Origin: a virus
Lineage: Duplodnaviria > Caudoviricetes
DNA: 64,000 nucleotides
Strand: one strand, 5' to 3'
IMG/VR virus record: IMGVR_UViG_3300002026_001699
Coordinates: 1 to 64,000 of that record
A program made the translations under genes and the position numbers. The notes below the pieces were generated by a model, which did not search any database, was not told the DNA's origin, and was given only the letters and a program-made list of their open reading frames with translations. This document shows positions 28,900 to 38,165 of this stretch, piece by piece. Numbering within the stretch: position 1 is the first letter of the stretch; the number at the start of each line of letters is the position of its first letter.

Positions 28900-29710
28900 A
28901 CCAACACTGTTCTCTTAATGGGCAGTTTTCTGCTTTTTTAAGATTTTCACTGTTTTCATTTAATATTTCTTGGAGTGTTTTTTCTTTTAAGGATCCTAAA
29001 GATTCAACTATTCTGTGTGATTGACATAATCTAACAGTAGCATCTGGCATAATTGTTATTTCATTTTGAATAGATGTGCATTGGTAGTCTTCTTTTGTTA
29101 TCCATCTCAATAAATATTCAAAATTCTTTTGTGTCAAAACACCTTGTTCATTCAATGTTTTTAAATTTTCTCTACTTATTGCAGGCCATGTAAATTGTTC
29201 ATTATTATAATAATATCCTTTTTGATATATATTAAAATAAGGCTGCTTCATTTTAGGAAATATTGTTAAGAGTTTCTTGATAAACAAAGCATCTACATCA
29301 ATAAATGGAAGATTATATTGACTCATTGTATATGACAATCTTTGAATAGTATCAGCAGATTTTAATGATGTTAATAAATATATAAGATCAGAAGTAAATG
29401 GTTTTCTTCCTCTTATATTATCGTTCATAACTCCATCCCAATTCATTGATATATATGGAATCGAGCGTGGATAGTTTATTATTTTAGAAACATCTTCAAG
29501 GTGAGTTGTAAGAATATAATTTTTTTTATCTTTAAAAATATCTAACACTTGATTAAAATCAGGTCTTAGTGTAGGCTCTCCTCTAAGAATAAACAAATCA
29601 TCTTCATTATACAATTTTTGAATGATATTTCTATCTAATTGTTGATTAGAAGTAAGAGGTTTTTTATTGTAATTTACGAAATAATCATTCAAAAAAAGTG
29701 ATATTTTCAT
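28862..29710 (-). CDS. degenerate radical-SAM/SPASM-like protein lacking CxxxCxxC
   Basis: RGEPTLRPDF (GGEP-like) and a SPASM-like C...ITIMPDATVRLC...C...C; no N-terminal Cys triad. Confidence 0.6.
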   Translation of the reverse strand: MKISLFLNDYFVNYNKKPLTSNQQLDRNIIQKLYNEDDLFILRGEPTLRPDFNQVLDIFKDKKNYILTTHLEDVSKIINYPRSIPYISMNWDGVMNDNIRGRKPFTSDLIYLLTSLKSADTIQRLSYTMSQYNLPFIDVDALFIKKLLTIFPKMKQPYFNIYQKGYYYNNEQFTWPAISRENLKTLNEQGVLTQKNFEYLLRWITKEDYQCTSIQNEITIMPDATVRLCQSHRIVESLGSLKEKTLQEILNENSENLKKAENCPLREQCWFGNHKDNIYGTK

Positions 29711-29962
29711 TTAAAACCTTTCAACTAAAACTGTATTTTTAGCATTAAAATAAAATTCCATCCAATCTTGTTTTTCTTGTATTTCCAACTTTTCATTTTC
29801 TAATAAAATTAAATAATTTACATATGCTTGTGAATCACATAATTTTTCAGTTGTTGATCTAAAGTCATTCAAAACTGAAAATCTTTTATGAGCCATCTTT
29901 TCAATAAACTGTGAATTCTTTTCCTTATTCGGCCCAATAACATTATAATATACCTTATTCAT
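29711..29962 (-). CDS. hypothetical protein
   Basis: 83-aa ORF coupled to prs. Confidence 0.55.
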   Translation of the reverse strand: MNKVYYNVIGPNKEKNSQFIEKMAHKRFSVLNDFRSTTEKLCDSQAYVNYLILLENEKLEIQEKQDWMEFYFNAKNTVLVERF

Positions 29963-30921
29963 TCTTGCTCCTTTTCAAATAATAAACCAACAGAATCATC
30001 AGCATTAACTGCTTTTATTACACGGCAAAGTAAATCTCCTAATGATACTACTTTAAATATATCAGGAAGTTCATCATGATAAATAGAATCTGATACAAAA
30101 AGTTTATCTATTGGAGATTTTTGTATTCTTTCAATTGCTCCACATGAAAGAATTGCATGAGTTGCACAAACATATATATTTTTTGCTCCTCTAATTTTTG
30201 CTTCTTCTGCTATATGACAAAGCGTTCCTGCCGTATCAATAATATCATCAACAATTAAAACATCTTTATCTTTAACATCACCAACAAATGCCAAAACTTT
30301 TGATTCATTATCCTTTGGTCTTGATTTATATGCAAAACCAAGATCTGCCCCAAATCTATTTGCATATGCTTTTGCTCTTGATACTCCACCTGCATCTGGA
30401 GATAATACAATTACATTTCCGCTCTTAAATAAATGTTCAACAGCTGGATAGAAAATATAAGAAGATGTTATATTATCAATAAGAATATCATCAAAAGCAG
30501 CAGCCGATGCTTGATTATGAAGGGAGACAGTAATGATTCTTTTTATTCCTGAGGCTTGTAATAAATCAGCCATTAGTTGAATAGTTATAGGAGTTCTTGG
30601 TTCTGTTTTTCTATCTTGTCTGCTTCCATAAATATAAGGAATAACTGCTGTAATTCTCCTTGCTGATGCCTTCTTTGCAGTATGTGCCATAATAAACAAC
30701 TCCATCATGTCTTTAGCAGGATTATTTGGAGTTGTTGTCTGTAAAATATAAACGTCTTCGCCTCTTACACTTTCATCAATCTTAACCTTCATTTCACCAT
30801 TAGAAAAATCAGTAAACTTCATACTTGACAATCCAAAACCATTAGCATCAGAAATACGTTTTGCTAAAACTGGGTTGGATCTTCCAGAAAAAAACTTTAA
30901 TTCAGGAAGTCTTGCAGCCAT
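29959..30921 (-). CDS. prs: ribose-phosphate pyrophosphokinase (PRPP synthetase)
   Basis: FSNGE, ESVRGEDV, PYIYGSRQDRK, SPDAGGV, VDDIIDTAGTL, ATHAIL. Confidence 0.95.
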   Translation of the reverse strand: MAARLPELKFFSGRSNPVLAKRISDANGFGLSSMKFTDFSNGEMKVKIDESVRGEDVYILQTTTPNNPAKDMMELFIMAHTAKKASARRITAVIPYIYGSRQDRKTEPRTPITIQLMADLLQASGIKRIITVSLHNQASAAAFDDILIDNITSSYIFYPAVEHLFKSGNVIVLSPDAGGVSRAKAYANRFGADLGFAYKSRPKDNESKVLAFVGDVKDKDVLIVDDIIDTAGTLCHIAEEAKIRGAKNIYVCATHAILSCGAIERIQKSPIDKLFVSDSIYHDELPDIFKVVSLGDLLCRVIKAVNADDSVGLLFEKEQE

Positions 30922-30923
30922 GT

Positions 30924-31213
30924 TTAATTCTCCTTTAATAACTCTTTTGCTTTCAATGAAATCAATTCTTCTAATTCTTTTTTTTCTACTAAATTATTAA
31001 ACTTGGGATTGCTTAATTTAAAAGTGTCTGAATAATTTGCAGATACTTTTATTAATTTCCCTCTCCTTCACAAACTCTACATAATTCTGATTCATAATCA
31101 GAGGTATGATGTCCAACATCAACCCATCTAAAACCCTTCCCTTTACAATCATGACAAATAACTATTTCTGAATGTCCATATAAAGATAAATATTTGTCAA
31201 GCACCTCATCCAT
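30924..31213 (-). pseudogene. CxxCxGxG zinc-finger protein with an apparent 1-nt frameshift near 31055
   Basis: MDEVLDK...CHDCKGKG...CRVCEGEG, then TAA at 31054-31052; the shifted frame stays open (LIKVSANY...LLKEN*) up to the prs RBS. Confidence 0.55.
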
Positions 31214-31215
31214 AA

Positions 31216-31407
31216 TTATCTCCTAGGTATTTTATTCTCAACATTCTTAACCATTTGTCTTAATTTTCTTTCCAAGATTGACATGTTATTATTTGTAATA
31301 ATATTTTTTCTAAATAAGTCATTAAACTTTTTTTCTAAATTAATATAGTTTAGTTTTAATTCCTCAAATTCTTTTTTTGAAACTCCTTCATCTAGTTTTT
31401 GATTCAT
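31216..31407 (-). CDS. coiled-coil hypothetical protein
   Basis: Probable start MNQKLDEG, with ATGA overlap. Confidence 0.6.
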   Translation of the reverse strand: MNQKLDEGVSKKEFEELKLNYINLEKKFNDLFRKNIITNNNMSILERKLRQMVKNVENKIPRR

Positions 31408-32507
31408 TTTTCTCTCCTGTTGTGTTTTATAGTTGCTGATATTTTTTGTGCCTGATCCATTATGCCATCCATTTCCATGAAAGACCATGAACCATTTCTA
31501 CCAGCAAAAATAATATTCTCATATTGCTTATCTTTGTGTGAGATTATTCCAGATGTATGTTGATTGTAAATCTTGAAATTATTTTTTGTGGGAATTGGAA
31601 AGATTGCTTGATCACTATCATCAATAAATGTTTTTACAATAATGTTCTTTTCATAATCATTATTATAATTATCTTTTTTAAAAAACTTTCCAAATTGTGT
31701 CATATAAACAAATGGAGTGTGATTAGGATATATCATTGTATCAGGAGAACCTGATTTATACTTTGTTGAATCAATATCAAAAGAACAGTGAGAATATATT
31801 TTATTTTTTAGATTTAAAAAAGAGTTGATATCTATTGTAGATATAATAATGTCATTAGAAGAGAATGATGATAAATCAACTTTTGAATTTAATCTAACAT
31901 CTACATTTTTAGTAAAATCATCAAACAGTTTATTCCATCCGGTATTTATTGGGAATAATATATATTTTTCATTATAATGAGAAAAATTAGAATGAACATC
32001 TCTCATATTGCCTTTAAACCAATCAACTATATCCAAATTAGATGTTCCAAAAAGTCGCTTAAAATAATTTTCATAAAATACATTATAAACAGTGTTACCA
32101 TAAAAATTTGTAATAAGTTGTTCAATATTTTGAGCATTTTCCCCATTAGATTTTTCAAGATCTAAAAGAATAGATTCTTTCCAATGCCATGGCATTGTAT
32201 CAATGGATGCTTTATTAAATGGATGATTATAATATCTAAAATCAAATAGAGGGTCCATGGCAACAACATAATCAATAGGCTGTAAAGAAACAGATTTTGA
32301 AAATAAATCAACTATCCAATCTTTATTAGTATGAAGAACGGAAGGAACTTGTTGCCATGGAATATTTTCTATACTTTGTCTTGTGCGTATGAGACCACCT
32401 AACTCTGATGTTTTTTCATAAAGAATAACATTAAAATCTTTAGATAAAAAATAAGCAAAAGCACAACCAGATATGCCTCCGCCTATTATGTGAATGGTCT
32501 CACTCAT
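31404..32507 (-). CDS. glf: UDP-galactopyranose mutase-like flavoprotein
   Basis: IIGGGISG FAD motif, LYEKTSELGG, FYGNTVYNVF-like segment, FAGRNGSWSFMEMD (cf. GRLGEYxYxDMD). Confidence 0.75.
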   Translation of the reverse strand: MSETIHIIGGGISGCAFAYFLSKDFNVILYEKTSELGGLIRTRQSIENIPWQQVPSVLHTNKDWIVDLFSKSVSLQPIDYVVAMDPLFDFRYYNHPFNKASIDTMPWHWKESILLDLEKSNGENAQNIEQLITNFYGNTVYNVFYENYFKRLFGTSNLDIVDWFKGNMRDVHSNFSHYNEKYILFPINTGWNKLFDDFTKNVDVRLNSKVDLSSFSSNDIIISTIDINSFLNLKNKIYSHCSFDIDSTKYKSGSPDTMIYPNHTPFVYMTQFGKFFKKDNYNNDYEKNIIVKTFIDDSDQAIFPIPTKNNFKIYNQHTSGIISHKDKQYENIIFAGRNGSWSFMEMDGIMDQAQKISATIKHNRREK

Positions 32508-32515
32508 AAAAATCC

Positions 32516-32656
32516 TTATTTAGAAAAATTATCTTTCTGCACAAAAAACTTGCAAGACAAACATCTTTTCATTGAAAACCTTAAAAAATGTAAGGTTGCA
32601 TTTGGATGATATTTACAATCTGGTTTTCTGCAATGGGTATTTTCTTTATTTTTCAT
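32516..32656 (-). CDS. small Cys-rich protein (46 aa, not in ORF track)
   Basis: MKNKENTHCRKPDCKYHP...CLSCKFF, with GGAG RBS. Confidence 0.55.
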   Translation of the reverse strand: MKNKENTHCRKPDCKYHPNATLHFLRFSMKRCLSCKFFVQKDNFSK

Positions 32657-32897
32657 TTTTCTCCACTAAAAGATCTGTTATCCCAGACTTGCTAAATCTG
32701 CGAAACGCCTTTTTTACAAACGGTTCAATTTTGTTTTCATATTCAGCCTGAAGTTTAAACAATTCTTTAATTTCTTCAGCCTCTAATTTATCTAAATCAA
32801 GAGCATCAACATACTCTTTATTAGAATTTAAAACCATAACTCTACGATGTGATTTCTCACCGTCTTTTTTCTCATAATTAAACTCTTCAATTTTCAT
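32646..32897 (-). CDS. hypothetical protein
   Basis: 83-aa ORF with GAGG RBS. Confidence 0.6.
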   Translation of the reverse strand: MKIEEFNYEKKDGEKSHRRVMVLNSNKEYVDALDLDKLEAEEIKELFKLQAEYENKIEPFVKKAFRRFSKSGITDLLVEKNEK

Positions 32898-32910
32898 CTT
32901 AACCTCTATG

Positions 32911-33546
32911 TTAAATTGTTGGATTCTTTTTAGAATCTCTTTCTTCCTTTCTACTAATTATGCCCAAAACACAATCACGAAGAAGACCAGTTTCTATTTT
33001 GTCTATAAACTGTTTTTTAGCATCTTCTGATGAAAGTTTATTTACTTTCCTAGCAAGAACTTTGCCTTCTTTAACTAGAGCAATAAGATCATCTCTCATA
33101 TATTGCTGGCCTGCAAATATAACTTGATTTGTTGAATCATCAAGTGTTAAAGGATCTGGAATCTCTGATTCATAATCCCCTGAAACAATATTTGATAATT
33201 CATCGAATGAACATGTATTTGGCATTTTAGCTCTCTTCCTGCCATCACGCCTGAGAGAGTATCTGAAAGAGTTTGACATGACCTTGTAGAAATAAGAATA
33301 AGTTGAAGACTTGCCTAATTTGAAGTTTTTTAGTGCTCTTTGTGCTTGATCTAGCGACTCTGATATATAGTCATCCCTATAATAACTATTTATACCAAAT
33401 TTCCTGGCAAAATATTCTGCCATCTGATGGAAATATCCTACTAATTCCACCATAGCCATTGGATTGGCATTCCTGTTGATCCATGCCGTGTCCATCTTCT
33501 GTTTTTCAATGTTCAATGTATTCCTCCTGTAATGTTTCATAAACAC
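32911..33546 (-). CDS. gp55: late-transcription sigma factor, T4 gp55-like
   Basis: YRDDYISES...KNFKLGKSSTYSYFYKVMSNSFRYSLRRD parallels gp55-family YRDDMISDG...NF...SNPFAYFTQI...AF..RI. Confidence 0.7.
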   Translation of the reverse strand: MFMKHYRRNTLNIEKQKMDTAWINRNANPMAMVELVGYFHQMAEYFARKFGINSYYRDDYISESLDQAQRALKNFKLGKSSTYSYFYKVMSNSFRYSLRRDGRKRAKMPNTCSFDELSNIVSGDYESEIPDPLTLDDSTNQVIFAGQQYMRDDLIALVKEGKVLARKVNKLSSEDAKKQFIDKIETGLLRDCVLGIISRKEERDSKKNPTI

Positions 33547-33645
33547 CTCCCATAAATGAAATAGGACTCATGTTTTGAGAGGTGTTTAATGTTTAAATCT
33601 TTCCCTGTTTATATTATATACTATATGTATTATTCTCTAAAATGT

Positions 33646-33804
33646 TTAATCGTTTAAAACACCAAAAACCTTGTCTTTAAATGATTCAAGGAGATGATTT
33701 ACATCCTTATTACTCTCTAATAGCTTTTCTATTGTAGTATTCATTTTTGCTGCCATTTCTTTCAAAGATTCTATCTGCTTTTGACTTAGGTTGCTTAGAT
33801 CCAT
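33646..33804 (-). CDS. small hypothetical protein (52 aa, not in ORF track)
   Basis: MDLSNLSQKQIESLKEMAAK..., with GGAGG RBS. Confidence 0.6.
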   Translation of the reverse strand: MDLSNLSQKQIESLKEMAAKMNTTIEKLLESNKDVNHLLESFKDKVFGVLND

Positions 33805-33816
33805 TTTTTATCCTCC

Positions 33817-34275
33817 TTATTTATAAGTATTACCAAAGGCTGATTTTTCTATTCTATAATATTCATCATTATTATTTACAAGAAAATCACCATTTGTAAG
33901 AATCATCTCTTCACCCCATGAAGCCATAAAACTCATAGCTTCACCAGAATATTGTTTTGCCTTAATTTTAACTGGTTTTGTTTTTGCAGTAATATTATCA
34001 ATAATTTCATATCTACTTTTAAATTTATCTGGTGTTAAAATATATTTTTCACCTTTTGTTCCTGTTAAAATATAATCTCCTATGTTAGCCTTATTTGATG
34101 TTTCTTTTTTACCATTAATAACTGTATCAACAGAAGTTACTTCTGTTGCAATAATGTATTTAAACATTAAATCTTTTTTTGCATATTCTTTTTCTTGAGA
34201 TTCTAAGTTTTTATAAAAACTTTTCATTGCTTTTTGATCTAAAACTTTAGATGTAACTGCTTCATTTAATTTCAT
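33817..34275 (-). CDS. PGDYG-like domain protein
   Basis: KANIGDYILTGTKGEKY and a second LTNGDFLV...YRIEKSAF copy. Confidence 0.6.
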   Translation of the reverse strand: MKLNEAVTSKVLDQKAMKSFYKNLESQEKEYAKKDLMFKYIIATEVTSVDTVINGKKETSNKANIGDYILTGTKGEKYILTPDKFKSRYEIIDNITAKTKPVKIKAKQYSGEAMSFMASWGEEMILTNGDFLVNNNDEYYRIEKSAFGNTYK

Positions 34276-34284
34276 TTTTATCTC

Positions 34285-35835
34285 CTATTTTTCAATGATA
34301 TCATCTTTAATTTTTTTTATAAATTTTTTTTCTTTAATAAATTTATAATATTTATCTATACTATCAATAGATGGAAATTTGCCATTACCTGAAAAATCAA
34401 TGCTATCATTTATTTCTAATGGAAATCCTTCTAATGAAACAAGTGATTTATTATCTACGCAATAAAAAGAATTTAATATTTGAGGACTACCTTTCAATGA
34501 AACAAGTGATTTATTTTCTAAACAATAAAAAGCATTTACTTTTTGAGGACTACCTTCTAATGAAAGAAGTGAATCATTCCCTTGACAAGAAAGATAATTT
34601 ACTTTTTGAGGACTACCTTTTAATGAAACAAGTTTATTATTATAATAACAATAAAAAGCATTTACTTTTTGAGGGCTACCTTCTAATGAAACAAGTGATT
34701 TATTACTTATACAATTAAAAGTATTTACTTTTTGAGGGCTGCCTTCTAATGAAACAAGCAAATTATTAAAAGCACAATCAAAAGTATCTACTATAAAATC
34801 ACTCATATTAGGTAAAACTTTCAAATTTGTATTATTAATCCTTATATTAGAATCAGCATGATATTTATCATTTATTTTTTTCCAAATACCTAGTTCTACC
34901 AATGTGTCTTTTTTATCTAAATTATTAATTATAAAATTAGGCGATATAGATAATTTTTTTAATATTTTTTTGTCTAATTCTTTAAAATCTCCAGTTATAG
35001 CAAAGTTTTTAATTTTAGATTCTTTGTTTCTATTAATTGTATCTAACTCTTGAATCAATTGTTGAGGTAGTGTTTTACAAATATTAGCTGTAAAATATTC
35101 CGAAACCAAACTTATAGCCCATATATCATCTTCAAAATTATCGTTGTAAACATCTTGAATATCACAATGATCATCATTACTAGGATTATTATTACTTAAA
35201 AATAAACTTAATCCTATATTATCATAAGGTAGATGTCTCAAAAAGAATAGTCTACCTTTAGACTTATTAGGATCTTTACCCATATATTCTTTATAATAAT
35301 GATCATCACCTGGTCTTGAAACACAAACTTTACCATTACATTTATGTCTACCAAAAAATACTGAGGCTTCATGATTGAATACTTCGGCAAGAATCCAAGA
35401 TCCATTTTGAAATATAATTTTATGTTCTCCTGGAATATTATCTGATATTATTTTATTTATTTCACTAGAACCTTCTCCTTCACCTGAAGATAATTTATTT
35501 ATTAAATTATGTAATTTTTCAAAATCATGTTCACCTAATATATTAATAAGTTCAGCTTTTAGATCTTTAGATTTGATATATCCATCTCTAATATATCTAG
35601 CTTGACTTGACATTTTATACCAGCTTGATAAATCATTTTCTATATTTTTTTTATTTTCTTTAAACCAATCCTTTTGTTCAGGAGTTAGTCTTAAATAAGC
35701 TCCTATAATCCATTCTAATTTTTTAGGATCAGTGTCTCTTACAAAGAGAAATTCTTCCTCTGACATTTTTTTTGAGAATGGAATATAATTTGCAGCTTCA
35801 TTTAATTCAAAATATATTTTTTTAAATAAATTCAT
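34285..35835 (-). CDS. probable virion protein with C-terminal leucine-rich repeats
   Basis: ELNEA leader; six 21-aa repeats SLVSLEGSPQKVNxFxCxxNx. Confidence 0.8.
   Translation of the reverse strand: MNLFKKIYFELNEAANYIPFSKKMSEEEFLFVRDTDPKKLEWIIGAYLRLTPEQKDWFKENKKNIENDLSSWYKMSSQARYIRDGYIKSKDLKAELINILGEHDFEKLHNLINKLSSGEGEGSSEINKIISDNIPGEHKIIFQNGSWILAEVFNHEASVFFGRHKCNGKVCVSRPGDDHYYKEYMGKDPNKSKGRLFFLRHLPYDNIGLSLFLSNNNPSNDDHCDIQDVYNDNFEDDIWAISLVSEYFTANICKTLPQQLIQELDTINRNKESKIKNFAITGDFKELDKKILKKLSISPNFIINNLDKKDTLVELGIWKKINDKYHADSNIRINNTNLKVLPNMSDFIVDTFDCAFNNLLVSLEGSPQKVNTFNCISNKSLVSLEGSPQKVNAFYCYYNNKLVSLKGSPQKVNYLSCQGNDSLLSLEGSPQKVNAFYCLENKSLVSLKGSPQILNSFYCVDNKSLVSLEGFPLEINDSIDFSGNGKFPSIDSIDKYYKFIKEKKFIKKIKDDIIEK
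34390..34770 (-). repeat. 63-nt tandem repeat (6 units) encoding LRR-type repeats
   Basis: Anchor cctt recurs at 34427, 34490, 34553, 34616, 34679 and 34742. Confidence 0.9.
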
Positions 35836-35880
35836 CTTATCTCCTATTTTTTAATAATTTTACTTTTTCAAATTCCACAA

Positions 35881-36261
35881 TTATTTTCCCCTTCTATCAA
35901 CTTTACCATCCCATGGTTTCTGAAAATATTTTACTTCATCAAAATCATCAAATCTTGGTAGTGGATATTCTTTTACACCATCAACATACATACTTATTGG
36001 AATTTGAATTGTTCTTTTATCATCATGAGCTTCAATATGTTTAAATGTTATATTATCTATTATTAAAATTTCACCTTTAAAATATATTCTTTGTCCTCTT
36101 CCTATATCACTCATTCTGGCTTTAAAATAATTTACTAAATCTTGAACAAAACTTTTTAACATTATTAAAACAAATCCAGTTATTACAAATGATATAAATG
36201 TCATCCATAATTGTTGTCCAAATTGTTGTAAAAAATCGTTTAATATCTCAGTTGGTGTCAT
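35881..36261 (-). CDS. small membrane protein with MscS-like beta domain
   Basis: One TM helix, then GRGQRIYFKGE...ITFKHIE...TIQIPIS. Confidence 0.5.
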   Translation of the reverse strand: MTPTEILNDFLQQFGQQLWMTFISFVITGFVLIMLKSFVQDLVNYFKARMSDIGRGQRIYFKGEILIIDNITFKHIEAHDDKRTIQIPISMYVDGVKEYPLPRFDDFDEVKYFQKPWDGKVDRRGK

Positions 36262-36301
36262 AATAGTCCTCCAACTATTATCTTACATCATATGATGATA
36301 T

Positions 36302-37066
36302 TTATTTAATATCCCAGGCCATCTTTCTGCTTGCTTTTGTGTTTTTATAATAAGCCTGAAGTTTACCCTTTAAATATAAAAATACAAATACTGAAATAGT
36401 ATGATCTGATTCTTTTGTCCATTTATCAATTTCATCTAAAGACCACATTGTATCAACATATTTTAAGGCTTCTTTAGGTTCTATTATTTTGAAGATTTGA
36501 TCAAAATCTTGTTTTGTATAAAATCTAGAACCAGTATGTTGTTTCCATGCTTTAATAATCTTTTTAATAAGTTTATTATAATCTTCTATTTTTTCTTCAT
36601 TAGCTTTTTCTTGTTCTGGACTTTCCTCTGTAGTAGTATTATTTTTATAATCTATATTTATACGTTCATCTGGTGAACTATCACTGTTTTCTTCAGAAAC
36701 AGGTTTATGTTGTGAACAGCTAAGATATGATCTATCAGGTTCAATAAATTTTCTTCTAGGCAATGTATATCCAGGAATTATATTTATTAAAAATGGTTTA
36801 GTAGGTCCTTCACTTGTAATCTTAATCAATCCTGATTGAGCTAATAATCTATTACATTTTGAAATAGCACCTTTACTTATTCCAGTGTTTGCTTCAATAA
36901 ACCTATAACCCATTTTTATTTCATCAAAACCTGCAACTGATCTATAAAAACTATATAGAACAAAAGCAGTATGAGTTATAACTTTTTCAGCAACTAATTG
37001 CATTACATAATTTTGAACTTGGAGAAAATCTCCATCAGCATTTATAATACGAGCTTCTTGTTTCAT
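36302..37066 (-). CDS. winged-HTH protein (replication-initiator-like N-terminus)
   Basis: AFVLYSFYRS...GYRFIEANTGISKGAISKCNRLLAQSGLIKI. Confidence 0.65.
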   Translation of the reverse strand: MKQEARIINADGDFLQVQNYVMQLVAEKVITHTAFVLYSFYRSVAGFDEIKMGYRFIEANTGISKGAISKCNRLLAQSGLIKITSEGPTKPFLINIIPGYTLPRRKFIEPDRSYLSCSQHKPVSEENSDSSPDERINIDYKNNTTTEESPEQEKANEEKIEDYNKLIKKIIKAWKQHTGSRFYTKQDFDQIFKIIEPKEALKYVDTMWSLDEIDKWTKESDHTISVFVFLYLKGKLQAYYKNTKASRKMAWDIK

Positions 37067-37102
37067 TTTTACACCCTTAGTATATTATTCGAGATAAATG
37101 TA

Positions 37103-37363
37103 TTATTTTAAATCTGATGGTAGATATTTAGGGTAGTTTGCCTCTATAAATGTTTTAATTGCCTTGTCTTCAAGGTGATACATTTTTAATCCAGTATCTT
37201 TACAAATGTTTTTAATTACCTCTTTCCATTTTTTTGATATAGAAATCTTTGTATATTCTAAATTGTTTTCCATCTCATCCATTTTTATCTCCTTCATCCC
37301 AATCATACAATGGTTTGAAATTATCAACAAACCAATATTTTTGTTCTTTTTCCAAATTATCAA
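37103..37363 (-). CDS. ribbon-helix-helix-like small DNA-binding protein
   Basis: TKISISKKWKEVIKNIC...LEDKAIKTFIE; probable start MDEMENN. Confidence 0.5.
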   Translation of the reverse strand: MIIWKKNKNIGLLIISNHCMIGMKEIKMDEMENNLEYTKISISKKWKEVIKNICKDTGLKMYHLEDKAIKTFIEANYPKYLPSDLK

Positions 37364-37562
37364 GTTTTTTATATGCTATACTATTTATACAAATAGAACA
37401 TTTTGTAGAAAAATAGTCTAACATTCTTTTAGATGTTTCTGTATTTGTATATATATAATTTCTCCATTTATATTTACAAAAATCACATTTTGGAGTTCCA
37501 GCACTTGATATCAATTTTTTTAAAAATGTAATTTTGTCAATATTTATATTAAAATCTTTCAT
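37275..37562 (-). CDS. small Cys-rich hypothetical protein
   Basis: CDFCKY...CSIC. Confidence 0.55.
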   Translation of the reverse strand: MKDFNINIDKITFLKKLISSAGTPKCDFCKYKWRNYIYTNTETSKRMLDYFSTKCSICINSIAYKKLDNLEKEQKYWFVDNFKPLYDWDEGDKNG

Positions 37563-37628
37563 ATAATACGTATTTGTCCTATAATGTATTTTTATTTATC
37601 TTTATAATATTATACATAAAATATGCTT

Positions 37629-38165
37629 TTAATTGTAGATAAAGTTATAATATTCTTGTTCTGTGTCAAATATTATTTTTTTATTTGAATTGTAACATTC
37701 TTCGTCTCTTTGTTTAAATGGTATTTCTTTTTCTATAGGTAGGAGTCCAAAATGTGTCATATAGAAGCCTTTATCTTCTGCCATTTTCCATACTTCATCA
37801 CATCTAGAATCTGGTCCTTTTATTAAAAAAATGGATGAAGGGATAAATTGCTTTTTAACACAATGAACAGAAAATTTTAATTGTTCAATAACAAAAGTGT
37901 ATATAGTAGCATGTTTATATCCTATATATTTTATTTTATTTCTAATTAATTTATGTTTAACTTTATCAATATCACATACTATATCTATATCACCAACAGT
38001 TTCACATCCTCTTGAATATGATCCACCTATAATATAATCTGGGAATATTTCTTGAATGAATTCTTGATATTTTTCTAATATTTCTTGAGCTTTTTCTCTA
38101 GTTAAGCGGACATATTTTGCATTCATCTCCACCCCTATTCTGCATTTTAAACATAATATTTTCAT
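37629..38165 (-). CDS. minimal X-family DNA polymerase (PolX/pol beta-like palm+thumb)
   Basis: IIGGSYSRGCETVGDIDIV, KGP...AEDKGFYMTHFGL, FDTEQEYYNFI; probable start MNAKY. Confidence 0.75.
   Translation of the reverse strand: MKILCLKCRIGVEMNAKYVRLTREKAQEILEKYQEFIQEIFPDYIIGGSYSRGCETVGDIDIVCDIDKVKHKLIRNKIKYIGYKHATIYTFVIEQLKFSVHCVKKQFIPSSIFLIKGPDSRCDEVWKMAEDKGFYMTHFGLLPIEKEIPFKQRDEECYNSNKKIIFDTEQEYYNFIYN

Noticed and set aside
34390-34770. CRISPR array
   Set aside because: The 63-nt periodic repeats are in-frame coding repeats with no unique spacers; no cas genes are present.
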